Source of the DNA: Deltaproteobacteria bacterium | GTDB taxonomy: Bacteria > Desulfobacterota > Syntrophobacteria > BM002 | Assembly: GCA_020353215.1 (NCBI GenBank) | Contig: CP070692.1 | Span: forward strand, 66,139 to 126,565 | DNA length: 60,427 nucleotides | Direction of reading: 5' to 3' | Shown: positions 18,869-27,788 of the stretch, piece by piece | Layout: each line of letters starts with the position of its first letter | Numbering within the stretch: the first letter of the stretch is position 1 | Notes under the pieces: generated by a model | Database searches by the model: none | What the model was told of the DNA's origin: nothing | What the model saw: only the letters and a program-made list of their open reading frames with translations | Translations under genes and position numbers: made by a program

Positions 18869-19042
18869 TACCTCTGCGGAGGTCGGAATGTAGCAACTCG
18901 TCCAGCTTGTGCTGCACCTAGTGTCCAATATCCAACTGACAGAACCCATCTGTAAGCTTGCATCCCGGCCAACACCTTGTTGGACTCCAGCACAATCGAA
19001 TGTCTTTCGGGATTTGTATACTGTGTTTTGTGTTCTCGAATC

Positions 19043-19681
19043 TTAGTCTATGTTTTCTTTGGGAGGAAACTCCCATCTGGAGTCAAAATACAGCGGCAGC
19101 TCAGCAGCACACACTGGTCCCACTCCCACTTTCCACCCCGTTTGCGCCTCCAGAGGTTCCCTCAGCGTTGAGGCGAATCCAGGCAGAACGACTTTTGTCC
19201 TCTCTTTCCCTTGGTGGAGCCGTGCCTCCTCAAATGTTGCGCGTATCTTCCGTTCTTGCAACGAGCGGTAAATCATGGCCATATCGACGGTATCACCTCG
19301 CGAATCTACAAAAAGAAGCCAGAATGGGCTGATTGTAAATGCCATAATGGCGCTGAGCACTTCCTGGGTGAATTCGCTGTTCCCGGAGATTAGCACATGA
19401 GCCTGCTCGTCCGGGTCATTTATCGCCACCAGACCTGTGGGACCTGGACGAGGTAATTCCAGGGCGGGCACTTTGGGAAGGATCCGATCTGCCTGCAGGG
19501 CCAATTGGAAGGCTTTTATTCGGTTCCCACCGAGGGTGGGACAGGCCTCCGGTCGCACGAGGCCTCTTTTCAACTTGAGCGCGAAAGTGGCACACGACTT
19601 CTCTCCGCACTCCTCACAATCCGTCATGGGAAGGTATTGGAGAAAGTCCATGTCACTGAGGTACAGGTCAGCAGAAATCAT
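19043..19681 (-). CDS. Fe-S cluster domain protein (RnfB/AcsC-type N-terminal 4-Cys motif)
   Basis: The N-terminal LPMTDCEECGEKSCATFALKLKRG...PEACP matches the putative Fe-S domain found at the N-termini of RnfB and CODH/ACS gamma. The remainder is uncharacterised. Confidence 0.6.
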   Translation of the reverse strand: MISADLYLSDMDFLQYLPMTDCEECGEKSCATFALKLKRGLVRPEACPTLGGNRIKAFQLALQADRILPKVPALELPRPGPTGLVAINDPDEQAHVLISGNSEFTQEVLSAIMAFTISPFWLLFVDSRGDTVDMAMIYRSLQERKIRATFEEARLHQGKERTKVVLPGFASTLREPLEAQTGWKVGVGPVCAAELPLYFDSRWEFPPKENID

Positions 19682-19806
19682 TGAATTGTCTGAGTTGAGC
19701 CGGGTTATACAGGTTTAATCTCAGTATGGAAGAAAGAGCTTATTGAATTGCAGGGAAGGGATAACTGCAAACCCTTTGATGCAAATAGGTTCAGGGTTCA
19801 TGCAGT

Positions 19807-20172
19807 TTAGGATTCCTGACTGTGTCGGACAAAGTTGTCGAGCCTGAACAGGTCCAACATGCTGAGATCGATCCACTTCAACCCCACCCCAGTAACACGG
19901 CAGGGTTCTTGTTTTGGGCCTGTCCAGACGACCTCAGCCCGAGAAAAGACCGGGCCGTGATACCTGGGCAGATGGACGTTAATGTGTACCCGATCGCCCA
20001 CATGCAGCCGTCTATCCGCACAAACAAAAACGCCTACAGGACTAATATTCTTGGCCTTGCCCTTGACTGCGCCGCTCTTGGCCAGGAGACAAAAGGTTGT
20101 ATCTATACAAGCACGAGGGAACCGTCTTTCTTCCTTCATGGCGAAAACGCTCCGGAGTCCGGAGTCCTTCAT
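19807..20172 (-). CDS. PilZ domain protein (c-di-GMP receptor candidate)
   Basis: RRFPR ... NISPVGVFV form an RxxxR / (D/N)xSxxG-like PilZ motif pair. AGGAA lies 7 nt upstream of the ATG at 20172. The longest ORF (to 20355) has an implausible leader. Confidence 0.65.
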   Translation of the reverse strand: MKDSGLRSVFAMKEERRFPRACIDTTFCLLAKSGAVKGKAKNISPVGVFVCADRRLHVGDRVHINVHLPRYHGPVFSRAEVVWTGPKQEPCRVTGVGLKWIDLSMLDLFRLDNFVRHSQES

Positions 20173-20724
20173 TGATTTGTTCCTATACCATAAAATTGGA
20201 AAATTCGATAGGGAAATTGCGGGTTCCCCAGGAATTGGACACTTTTGGGATCTGAACCAAGTCGCGGCTTCGGATGCCCCTGACTTTCCGTGGCCCGTTG
20301 AGTGCTCCAACTTGACTAGTCCAATTCTGTCCATAGGCGCCCTGCCGCTGCTCACCGTTCCGAATCGCGCTGATCTGATTGCAGAGTATTCCAGCCACTT
20401 CGTTCACCTTGCGCCCTCAGGGTGAGCTGTCTAGTAGGGAGCGGGCTCGGGTAAGCTGGTTTGGATCCAATCCGATCTGAAGCTTAGTGGCTGGCGAGAT
20501 TCACTGGACTCACACACACTACCCAGGGTCAGAGGGTTGGTCAGGGTCAATTTTCAACCGCTTTTTCACTTGATTTTTTGCAGGACCATGTATTAGAGTC
20601 CGGGTGATATAGACCTGGCTACACAAGCAGGTCGGCTCCGCTGTGGGGAATTGTTTCCTACACCAAAGCGGCGACCTGGAACTTGAGAGTGTAGTACTAA
20701 ATTTTTTGAAAGGAGGTCATCGCT

Positions 20725-20931
20725 TTGGCAAATGGCACTGTAAAGTGGTTCAATGAGAAGAAGGGTTATGGCTTTATTCAGCAAGAAGATGGCCAGGACG
20801 TATTTGTGCACTACTCCTCTATCAACATGCCTGGTTTCAAGTCCCTATCCGAAGGGGAGCAGGTGAGCTTTGATATCGAAGAGAGTGACCGAGGGCCTGT
20901 GGCCAAGAACGTAATGAAAGCTTCATTTTAG
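20725..20931 (+). CDS. cspA: cold-shock protein (CspA family)
   Basis: It has [15 protein letters not shown] (RNP1) and VFVHY (RNP2). The start is TTG at 20725, 8 nt after AGGAGG (20711-20716). Confidence 0.95.
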   Translation: MANGTVKWFNEKKGYGFIQQEDGQDVFVHYSSINMPGFKSLSEGEQVSFDIEESDRGPVAKNVMKASF

Positions 20932-20958
20932 GCAACATTGTTATCGGCTGGGTATCAT

Positions 20959-20997
20959 GGGCATCTCGCCACCAAAAGGCTAGATGCCCTCTTAATT
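20959..20997 (+). terminator. intrinsic terminator of cspA
   Basis: GGGCATCT (20959-20966) pairs with AGATGCCC (20982-20989), followed by tcttaatt. Confidence 0.6.
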
Positions 20998-21472
20998 GGC
21001 ATGCCCTTTAACCCCAGCGCGTTTTGGAACCAGAGATCTAAACATAGGAACTTGCGTTTCGCACCTCTTTCCCAAGTGAAACGCACGGCTTAACAACCAT
21101 TCAATGATTGTACCGAGACGGTATTTTGCCCTGAATATCTTGAAGGATCGACTGCGAAGATACTTTCTTGATTCCTGCTCCCCGGTCGAGTCGAGGACCA
21201 GCTTCTCTGGAATGACGACTACTTGCGATCCCTGTCATTCCAACACCAACAGGAGTCCACAGCTGTGCGAAACATGAGTTGACGATTCAACACTTGTGGG
21301 ACCTGTTGCAATCCCGGTTCCAAACGCAGGGAATTGGGGACGCACTATCGTTTTGGCTAGGATGTTCTATGCCTTGAGGTCAAATATCGGGCGCAAATAG
21401 GATCCTATCGCGTAGCGGATTGGGGCCAGCGCCATGTGTTTCGTCTGGTACTGCGCTGTTGAGGAAGGCGAA

Positions 21473-21694
21473 GTGCTTGATAAAGCAACCAAAAAGAAGC
21501 TGAGAAAAATCCAGAAAGAGATCAATAAAACAAAGAAAGAACTGAGCAAGATAGAGCTGCGGCCATGCCAAAACGATGCCGACCTGAAGCAGAAGGAGAA
21601 CGATCTCAAGGTATTAAGAAACAAGATCCATATGTTGGAAAAGGAACAGGATCGATATATACTTAACAGCGGTAAGATAAAGCACGGCATTTGA
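21473..21694 (+). CDS. hypothetical Lys/Glu-rich coiled-coil mini-protein
   Basis: The K/E-rich heptad-like sequence is KKKLRKIQKEINKTKKELSKIE...LKQKENDLKVLRNKIHMLEKEQ. A GTG at 21473 follows GAGGAAGG; ATG at 21434 is an alternative. The Phe/Ser/Leu-rich ORF on the opposite strand is its mirror image. Confidence 0.3.
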   Translation: MLDKATKKKLRKIQKEINKTKKELSKIELRPCQNDADLKQKENDLKVLRNKIHMLEKEQDRYILNSGKIKHGI

Positions 21695-22026
21695 TTTCTG
21701 GTTCTCCCCGGGATTTTCCTTTTACAACCCTACCGATGTATATTTCAAAAGCTTGGACAGCAGTCCATCGAACAGGTGATCATATCAGTTCAGAGGATTT
21801 CACCTTCCGTATTGCCATACGCGGCAAGTAAATGATTTGATGCCCGTAACTGGCATTCTTCATGACACGGCCTCGTGAGCCCGTGAAGATGGGCGTGCCA
21901 TAGGACTATCGTAGTGGTTGGAAAGGAGTGCTTGAAGAGTATTTCTCGAGGTACGCGGCCCGAGGACGGCAACACCTCCGGTCACAGCAACCGGTTGGTG
22001 AAATCAAGATGGGTTAAGAATCACAA

Positions 22027-22740
22027 TCAACCTAAGAGGCGAAGTGCGACCCGCTTGCGAGCCAGATCATTTTGCAGAAACTCACACTCCTCTCGCTCGA
22101 ACACCCAGCAACAATTTGGTTTGACACGGTAAATTGCGCAGAAGAATTTACCAGCCGCAAAGTATTCAAACAGAAAAGGGCAGAACCGCTGATATTTGCT
22201 TGCATCGCCGCTAAAATACCGGAGCCAGCTTTTCGGCGGAGAAAACGCTCCGGCAAACTCCGGAGGACCGCCACGAATCTCGCAACAACCTCCACAGTAG
22301 TTGCACCACCCTGGTTCCGGAAGACGCTCACTGGAAGATCCAAGAAGCTTCATACCCGATACCTGACCGAACTTGTTGAGATGGTGGATATCTCGACGAA
22401 TGGAAAGGAATATGGTTGCCCACTCGAGTAGGTGGTCGCCGGCGATCTTCGCCAGTTGCTGATCAGACAGTTCAGCAACTTGTGGCTCTGCCGCAAACTG
22501 TTCGATATTCATCTTCTGCAGCATGGTCAGGTTGAAATAGGGATCGGCCAGAGCCCTCGCGACAGTATCTTTTCTCTCCCTCTCCGGGTAGAGACTTACC
22601 AACGATTTCCGGGCTTCATCCCAGCGGTTCCCGACCTCGATGGCTTCTTTTTGCAGAACGTCCTGCAACTCCAGGGCGCGGCGCCGGCGATTTTCGTTGC
22701 AGAAGGAAATGAATCTTTGATGGAAAACAGATACGAACAT
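22027..22740 (-). CDS. YkgJ-family cysteine-cluster (CxxCxxCC) protein with a long N-terminal helical extension
   Basis: It has CNYCGGCCE ... FCPFL ... CAIYRVKPNCC, the UPF0153/YkgJ pattern. About 120 aa of extra N-terminal sequence precede it. Confidence 0.7.
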   Translation of the reverse strand: MFVSVFHQRFISFCNENRRRRALELQDVLQKEAIEVGNRWDEARKSLVSLYPERERKDTVARALADPYFNLTMLQKMNIEQFAAEPQVAELSDQQLAKIAGDHLLEWATIFLSIRRDIHHLNKFGQVSGMKLLGSSSERLPEPGWCNYCGGCCEIRGGPPEFAGAFSPPKSWLRYFSGDASKYQRFCPFLFEYFAAGKFFCAIYRVKPNCCWVFEREECEFLQNDLARKRVALRLLG

Positions 22741-23024
22741 TGTCTGAACGCTGATTAAAATAGATTGACCAAAGAGACCATGGTATCTCCTCGGAACTCA
22801 TTAGTTGCGGCGGTGACAAGAGAGGAAGCTCGTCTTCCGGCGGGCAAGCGAAAGTCTGCCGAACCGATGAGGGGGCAGAGTTTTAGAGGTTTACAGAGCC
22901 GGGCCCATGGAAAAGGGTAGAGAACAAATTTGCCTCACCTTGAGCCTTTGGTCCGTGCCTCATGCCCCAGTTCCTGATTCTTGAGTCCCGGCTCCTCAAA
23001 ACCTACACGTCGCGCTAGACATCA

Positions 23025-23927
23025 TTAATCAGAGACCTGATGGCGTTGCAGAAACCGCTCCCAGCGCTGGTCAACCCAAGTTTGCAGATGATCCGTTTGT
23101 TCGGGTGTCATCTGCCTAAAACGTTCCTGCAACTTCAAGTATTGACCTACCGGTTTGTTTTGTCCCCTACGAGCAATGCTTCTGCTACGGCCAGTGAGAC
23201 GAAAGCTACCAGCCTTTACCTCGTAGAGGACCCACATGGCAGTATCCACCGCCATTTTACCCAGTTTGATCAAATCCTCGGTGGGAAAACCCCAACCAGG
23301 TGCACAAGGAATATTCACCTGAATAAATCGGGTGCCTTGGATCGTCCTCGCCTCTTTTACCTTGTCAAAAAGATCGAGGGGGTATGCCGGCGAGGCGGAT
23401 GCCACGTAGGGAATGCCATGGGCCTCCATAATGGCCAGCATGTCTTTTTTGTGCTCTATCTTGGTCGTTGGCGTGGTGGTAGTATGTGCACCCATGGGGG
23501 TGGCACTTGAGCGCTGGGTACCGGTGTTCATGTAGCCTTCATTGTCGTAACAAATGTAGAGAAAATCTGTGTTCCGCTCTGCCGCAGCACTCAACGCCTG
23601 AATCCCGATATCGAAAGTGCCTCCGTCACCGGCTATCCCCACCACGGTGTAGTCGGTCTTACCCAGTGCCTTAAGGGCTGCCACAATGCCGGTAGCCGAA
23701 GCGGCGGTTGTTGCAAAGGCAGTGTTAATGTTGGTCAAGCGTACCGATGTACTGGGATAGAGGCCGTGGAGCACTGTGAGACATGACGCCGGGATGGTCA
23801 GGATCGCCTTGTCTCCCAAGGCCTTGAGAATATAGCGGTAGGCCAAGGACAATCCGCAGCCTGAACAGGCCCGAGTGCCCGGCAGTATATACTCCTCTTC
23901 AGGTAGTTGCATTACAGTAGTGTTCAT
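23025..23927 (-). CDS. 2-oxoacid:ferredoxin oxidoreductase beta subunit (TPP-binding; POR/VOR type)
   Basis: It has the TPP motif GDGGTFDIGIQALS...YDNEGYMNTG and N-terminal Cys ligands (CSGCG, ASC). Confidence 0.9.
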   Translation of the reverse strand: MNTTVMQLPEEEYILPGTRACSGCGLSLAYRYILKALGDKAILTIPASCLTVLHGLYPSTSVRLTNINTAFATTAASATGIVAALKALGKTDYTVVGIAGDGGTFDIGIQALSAAAERNTDFLYICYDNEGYMNTGTQRSSATPMGAHTTTTPTTKIEHKKDMLAIMEAHGIPYVASASPAYPLDLFDKVKEARTIQGTRFIQVNIPCAPGWGFPTEDLIKLGKMAVDTAMWVLYEVKAGSFRLTGRSRSIARRGQNKPVGQYLKLQERFRQMTPEQTDHLQTWVDQRWERFLQRHQVSD

Positions 23928-24042
23928 AATTCTGCCCCTCGAGATCTTGTCAACCTATGGGAGTGAAAAGGTTCTCTCAAGCTCTTGCCGTTTGCCGCCC
24001 CATCAACCCACACCGTTCAACTTAGGCGATGCTCTGAGCCAA

Positions 24043-25239
24043 TCAGACGGCAACACCCAGCCATTGAGGACCGTTAATACGCCCTTTCTGTTGCAGAGCT
24101 GCTAGAGCGGCGCTTTGCAGATCGGCAGGACTTACGCTCTTGCCGCCGAGACCGACAATGAAATTGGTGATTACGGGTCGCAGTCCAGAGTCAAATAGAG
24201 CCGCTTTGGTTTCAGTGCAGGTGGCCCCTTCGTAGCCGTAACTGATGTTTTTGTCGAAGACAATCAGATTCTCGACCTGCGACAGGGCTTTACGCAACGC
24301 CTCTGCTGGAAAGGGCCGAAAAACCCTGAGCGCCACAACTCCGGCTTTGTAACCTTTCTCGCGGAGTTGATCTGCTGCCAGCGAAGCCTCGTTGGCAAGG
24401 GAACCCATGGTGAGCAGAATGGTATCTGCCCCGTCAGTTCGGTATTCCCAGAGGAGGTAACCATAGTGGCGGCCAAAGAGATCCCCAAACTCACGACCAA
24501 CTTGGAGGATGACATCCTCTGCGCCCTCCAGAGTCTTCTGCAGCCTCATTCGAAATCCCATGTAGCTTGGACACGCTACTCCCCGGGCATCAGCTCGCGG
24601 CTCCGCCAACATCACTGGGTTGATGTTGAGTGGCTCTGGACCATCCACTTGCAGGTGAGGTTTGTACGCAGGCAAGAATGCATCCACCCTCTCTTGGTCC
24701 GGAAGCTCAACCGGCATGACTGTATGGGACAGTACGAATCCGTCAAAACACACCATCATGGGAACGTGAATCTGCTCGCTGATCTTGTAACCCATGATAA
24801 TGCTATCGATTATCTCCTGATTGTCCCGACAGTAGACCTGCATCCAGCCTGTGTCTCGCTGGGCAATGGAGTCCTGCATGTCATTGAAAATGGTCCAAGG
24901 TGCTCCCAGACCTCGATTTGCCAAGGCCATGACTATTGGTAGTCTGGCTCCTGCAGCCCAGTGCAGTTGCTCGTGCATGTAGGCAAGACCATTTGCTGCT
25001 GTTGCAGTGAAAACTCGTGCACCCACAGTCGAGGCTGAAATGCATACGGTCAGGGCGCTATGTTCGCTCTCCACCCGAATAAACTCAGCTTTCAACTCTC
25101 CTGATTCCACGTACTTCGCAAGTGTCTCGGGAATCTTTGATTGTGGAGTTATGGGGTAGGCAGCCACCACCTGTACCCCGCTTAACTTGGCTCCCAGTGC
25201 CGCAGCCTCGTTTCCATTAATAATTCTCACCTTGACCAT
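24043..25239 (-). CDS. 2-oxoacid:ferredoxin oxidoreductase alpha subunit
   Basis: It has NGNEAAALGA...AAYPITPQS and a typical POR/VOR alpha domain arrangement. Its operon position matches. Confidence 0.9.
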   Translation of the reverse strand: MVKVRIINGNEAAALGAKLSGVQVVAAYPITPQSKIPETLAKYVESGELKAEFIRVESEHSALTVCISASTVGARVFTATAANGLAYMHEQLHWAAGARLPIVMALANRGLGAPWTIFNDMQDSIAQRDTGWMQVYCRDNQEIIDSIIMGYKISEQIHVPMMVCFDGFVLSHTVMPVELPDQERVDAFLPAYKPHLQVDGPEPLNINPVMLAEPRADARGVACPSYMGFRMRLQKTLEGAEDVILQVGREFGDLFGRHYGYLLWEYRTDGADTILLTMGSLANEASLAADQLREKGYKAGVVALRVFRPFPAEALRKALSQVENLIVFDKNISYGYEGATCTETKAALFDSGLRPVITNFIVGLGGKSVSPADLQSAALAALQQKGRINGPQWLGVAV

Positions 25240-25350
25240 ACCTGATCTCCAGAAGTAAACTCAGATCCAGCCCTCTCTCAGACTCCTTCCCAATCGGTGC
25301 CTTTCCCTGATCTGCCATCCTTGCCCGTTCCATTCAGCCCGCTTCCTCTA

Positions 25351-25695
25351 TCATGATTCTCCCGGGACTCGTTCTGCCTCTGTCCGGCCACCACAGTCAG
25401 CATCCAGGAAATCCTCCTCAACTTCCATGGAGATCGCTTTAGTCGGACACACCTCAGCACAGATCCCGCAGCCTTTGCAGTAGGTAAGGTCAATTTCCAC
25501 CGGCATTCCCCTTCCTACGGTGCCGTCTGGACAGTAAAGCCAACACAAGTAACACGAAGGTTTCCCAGTTTTGCATGGCGTGCACTTGCTGAGATCAATT
25601 ATTGGACGTTTGGCCCGCCAATCGCCTGTTCTTCCTGCCTCCCCACGGGCAAGCGTAGCGCAGGCAGAAATGAACTTGTCCTTCTTCGAGGTCAT
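25351..25695 (-). CDS. 2-oxoacid:ferredoxin oxidoreductase delta subunit (2x[4Fe-4S] ferredoxin)
   Basis: It has the motif CKGCGICAEVCP plus an upstream Cys cluster (C..C......C..C...CP). AAGGGAG lies upstream of the ATG. There is a C-terminal tail of about 20 aa. Confidence 0.85.
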   Translation of the reverse strand: MTSKKDKFISACATLARGEAGRTGDWRAKRPIIDLSKCTPCKTGKPSCYLCWLYCPDGTVGRGMPVEIDLTYCKGCGICAEVCPTKAISMEVEEDFLDADCGGRTEAERVPGES

Positions 25696-25942
25696 AGGAA
25701 AACTCCCTTGCTTTCAGAGATTGCCTTTAATGCGAAGATACTTGAGCGCTCTGACAACCAGGCAATTCCAATTTCATACTCATTATAACACCAGCCGCCC
25801 AAAAGAATACCCAATCGGGATAAGGTGCATATCCATTGCCGGCGAGTAGACCGCCTTCGAAACTTCCAGCGGTCCTGGGGCGGCGACGACCGGTCGAATT
25901 CGACTTTGCACAACGGGTTCCGTTGTATCCACGCAATGGTTG

Positions 25943-26539
25943 TCAGGGCTGCCAAGTTTGGCCGATCTTGGTGACCTCGTAAGTTCGCCGGGCCCCCTGA
26001 ACGTTGACCACTGCCGCCTTTTTTTTGAAATTGTCCCCAATCGCTCTTTCCAGGCTCTTCATGGTAACCAACCGACTCGCTCGAGAGAAAGCCCCAAGCA
26101 TCGGGGTATTGATGAGCACTGTTCCCGCCACCACCAAGCCAATTTCCCTGGCGATAGCGTTGGCATCTGAAGTTGCCACCACAAGGTTCTCCCCATTGCA
26201 AAATGCCTCCGGACTTCGACTGGAGTTAACGATAAGAAGCCCTTGCGGTCTCAACCCGGCCATCACGTCAACTGTCTGGATAAGTCTCTCATCGAGAACG
26301 ATGATCACATCTGACTTGGTCGTCTGGGAAAGAGAACGGATGGGTACTCTCGAAAGACGGGTCGTGGCGGTAATGGGCGCTCCCCGACGTTCAACCCCAA
26401 AGAAGGGGGCTGCAGTAACCCCTTCGTAGCCATCAAGATAGGCCGCATTAGCAAGTATCATTGCTGCGGTTACCGCACCCTGCCCGCCCCGTCCGTGCCA
26501 GGTCACATTGATGACCCTCTTTTCGTAATTTTCGATCAT
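25943..26539 (-). CDS. 2-oxoacid:ferredoxin oxidoreductase gamma subunit
   Basis: It has the signature WHGRGGQGAVTAAMILA...ERRGAP of the gamma subunit. Confidence 0.9.
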   Translation of the reverse strand: MIENYEKRVINVTWHGRGGQGAVTAAMILANAAYLDGYEGVTAAPFFGVERRGAPITATTRLSRVPIRSLSQTTKSDVIIVLDERLIQTVDVMAGLRPQGLLIVNSSRSPEAFCNGENLVVATSDANAIAREIGLVVAGTVLINTPMLGAFSRASRLVTMKSLERAIGDNFKKKAAVVNVQGARRTYEVTKIGQTWQP

Positions 26540-26971
26540 TTCTTACCTTTTTCTGTTAAGCCCACCTAACCCGCACCGGATAAGACCGGCCCGCCGATTC
26601 AACGAAACGTCGTCGCCACACGGTGAACATGACCGTGCCACCAACCTCTGTAGTTCGGGAGGCGTACCGGAGCACTTGAAGGTACGTCGCAGGGTTCGAG
26701 GCCTGACGACGCCCGGAAAGACGGTCATAAGCGCGGTACCAGTGGGCGATTGGTGAAATATACGGGCTAGGGCTTTTCCTTGCCCAAGAGTTTTTTTTGG
26801 GGTAATCTTAATTACTAACAAGAAGATGCTCCTGTGTTCACGGTCCTGGCAGCGTCCTCATCCAAGGAACACCGTCATAAGAATGCGATCACGTTGCCGT
26901 ATATCCGGGGAAGGATTGCCATGAACACACCTGAACGGGCCTAACCCTTGCTTCGAGGGGAAGAGTACGAG

Positions 26972-27394
26972 ATGCCTTCCAAACTGATTGAGAAAATTCC
27001 GTTGCCAAACGGTTTGGTTCTGGAACTCTGGGATCGGTCCCGTCCCATGGCTGGTGACAGATGGCTGGTCTCTCTCCTGGCGAGAATGGAGATACCAATC
27101 TTACCAGAATTCTTCTCTGATATTCACCTCGGCGAACAAGCTTATAAGGATCTCGTTGATACCAATGGTGACCGTCTCGTTTTCACTCAGGAGAACGAGC
27201 GCCATTTCGTGGATGAGCAGGAGACTGAGGCCATACTCGAACGGCTTTGCCAACGGCTCAAGGAGACGTTACTTGCCTACCTCAGCAGCCCCAGATTTGC
27301 GTCTCGCTACGTGCTTAAAAAATATGGCGATCTACAAGATCGCCACAGCTGGGGTTCCAAACCCACCTCCAACGGATCCACTTCTCCATCTTAG
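26972..27394 (+). CDS. hypothetical protein
   Basis: The ORF has balanced composition, and ATG at 26972 (MPSKLIEKIPLPNG) is plausible. No motif was recognised. Confidence 0.45.
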   Translation: MPSKLIEKIPLPNGLVLELWDRSRPMAGDRWLVSLLARMEIPILPEFFSDIHLGEQAYKDLVDTNGDRLVFTQENERHFVDEQETEAILERLCQRLKETLLAYLSSPRFASRYVLKKYGDLQDRHSWGSKPTSNGSTSPS

Positions 27395-27596
27395 GGAGGT
27401 GCAGCGTCCAGATTAGCATTGTTGGTGTTCAGATGCGGACAGGATAATCGTCCCAAGTCGTTTGCTTCACAAGTTCGAATTGGAACTCAGTTAGAGTTCC
27501 GCTGAGCTATATTGCAGCCTTCAGGACTCAATATCGACAAAAACATTCCAGTTTCAGATCATTAAAGCCACGTTACGACATGAGCTTATCGAAAAG

Positions 27597-27788
27597 CTAA
27601 GCCGCCGACCGGTATCGTCTCTGCCTTCTTTGGATCCGCTTGATCGCTTTCTTGCGCTTGATGCGTCGGCGCTCACTCTTGCTCAAGTAATACGTATGTC
27701 GCCGGAGTGCCGGCTGAACATTTTTTTGAAAGTCTTTCCTTAGTTTCTTTATCTTTCTTTCCAAGGAATCCTTTTCAGAGCTGGGCAT
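27597..27788 (-). CDS. rpsU: divergent 30S ribosomal protein S21-like small basic protein
   Basis: The 63-aa sequence is MPSSEKDSLERKIKKLRKDFQKNVQPALRRHTYYLSKSERRRIKRKKAIKRIQRRQRRYRSAA. It follows the S21 pattern (..SLE.alrr.kk......lrr...Y.kpSErrr.k...A.kR). GAGAGGTG lies 8 nt upstream of the ATG at 27788. Confidence 0.5.
   Translation of the reverse strand: MPSSEKDSLERKIKKLRKDFQKNVQPALRRHTYYLSKSERRRIKRKKAIKRIQRRQRRYRSAA

Noticed and set aside
24367-24942. 191-aa plus-strand ORF
   Set aside because: It is antisense to the OFOR alpha subunit.
25692-26201. 169-aa minus-strand ORF bridging the gamma-delta gap
   Set aside because: It is out of frame with, and overlaps, the well-supported gamma subunit. 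It is Gly/Arg/Trp-rich and has no SD.
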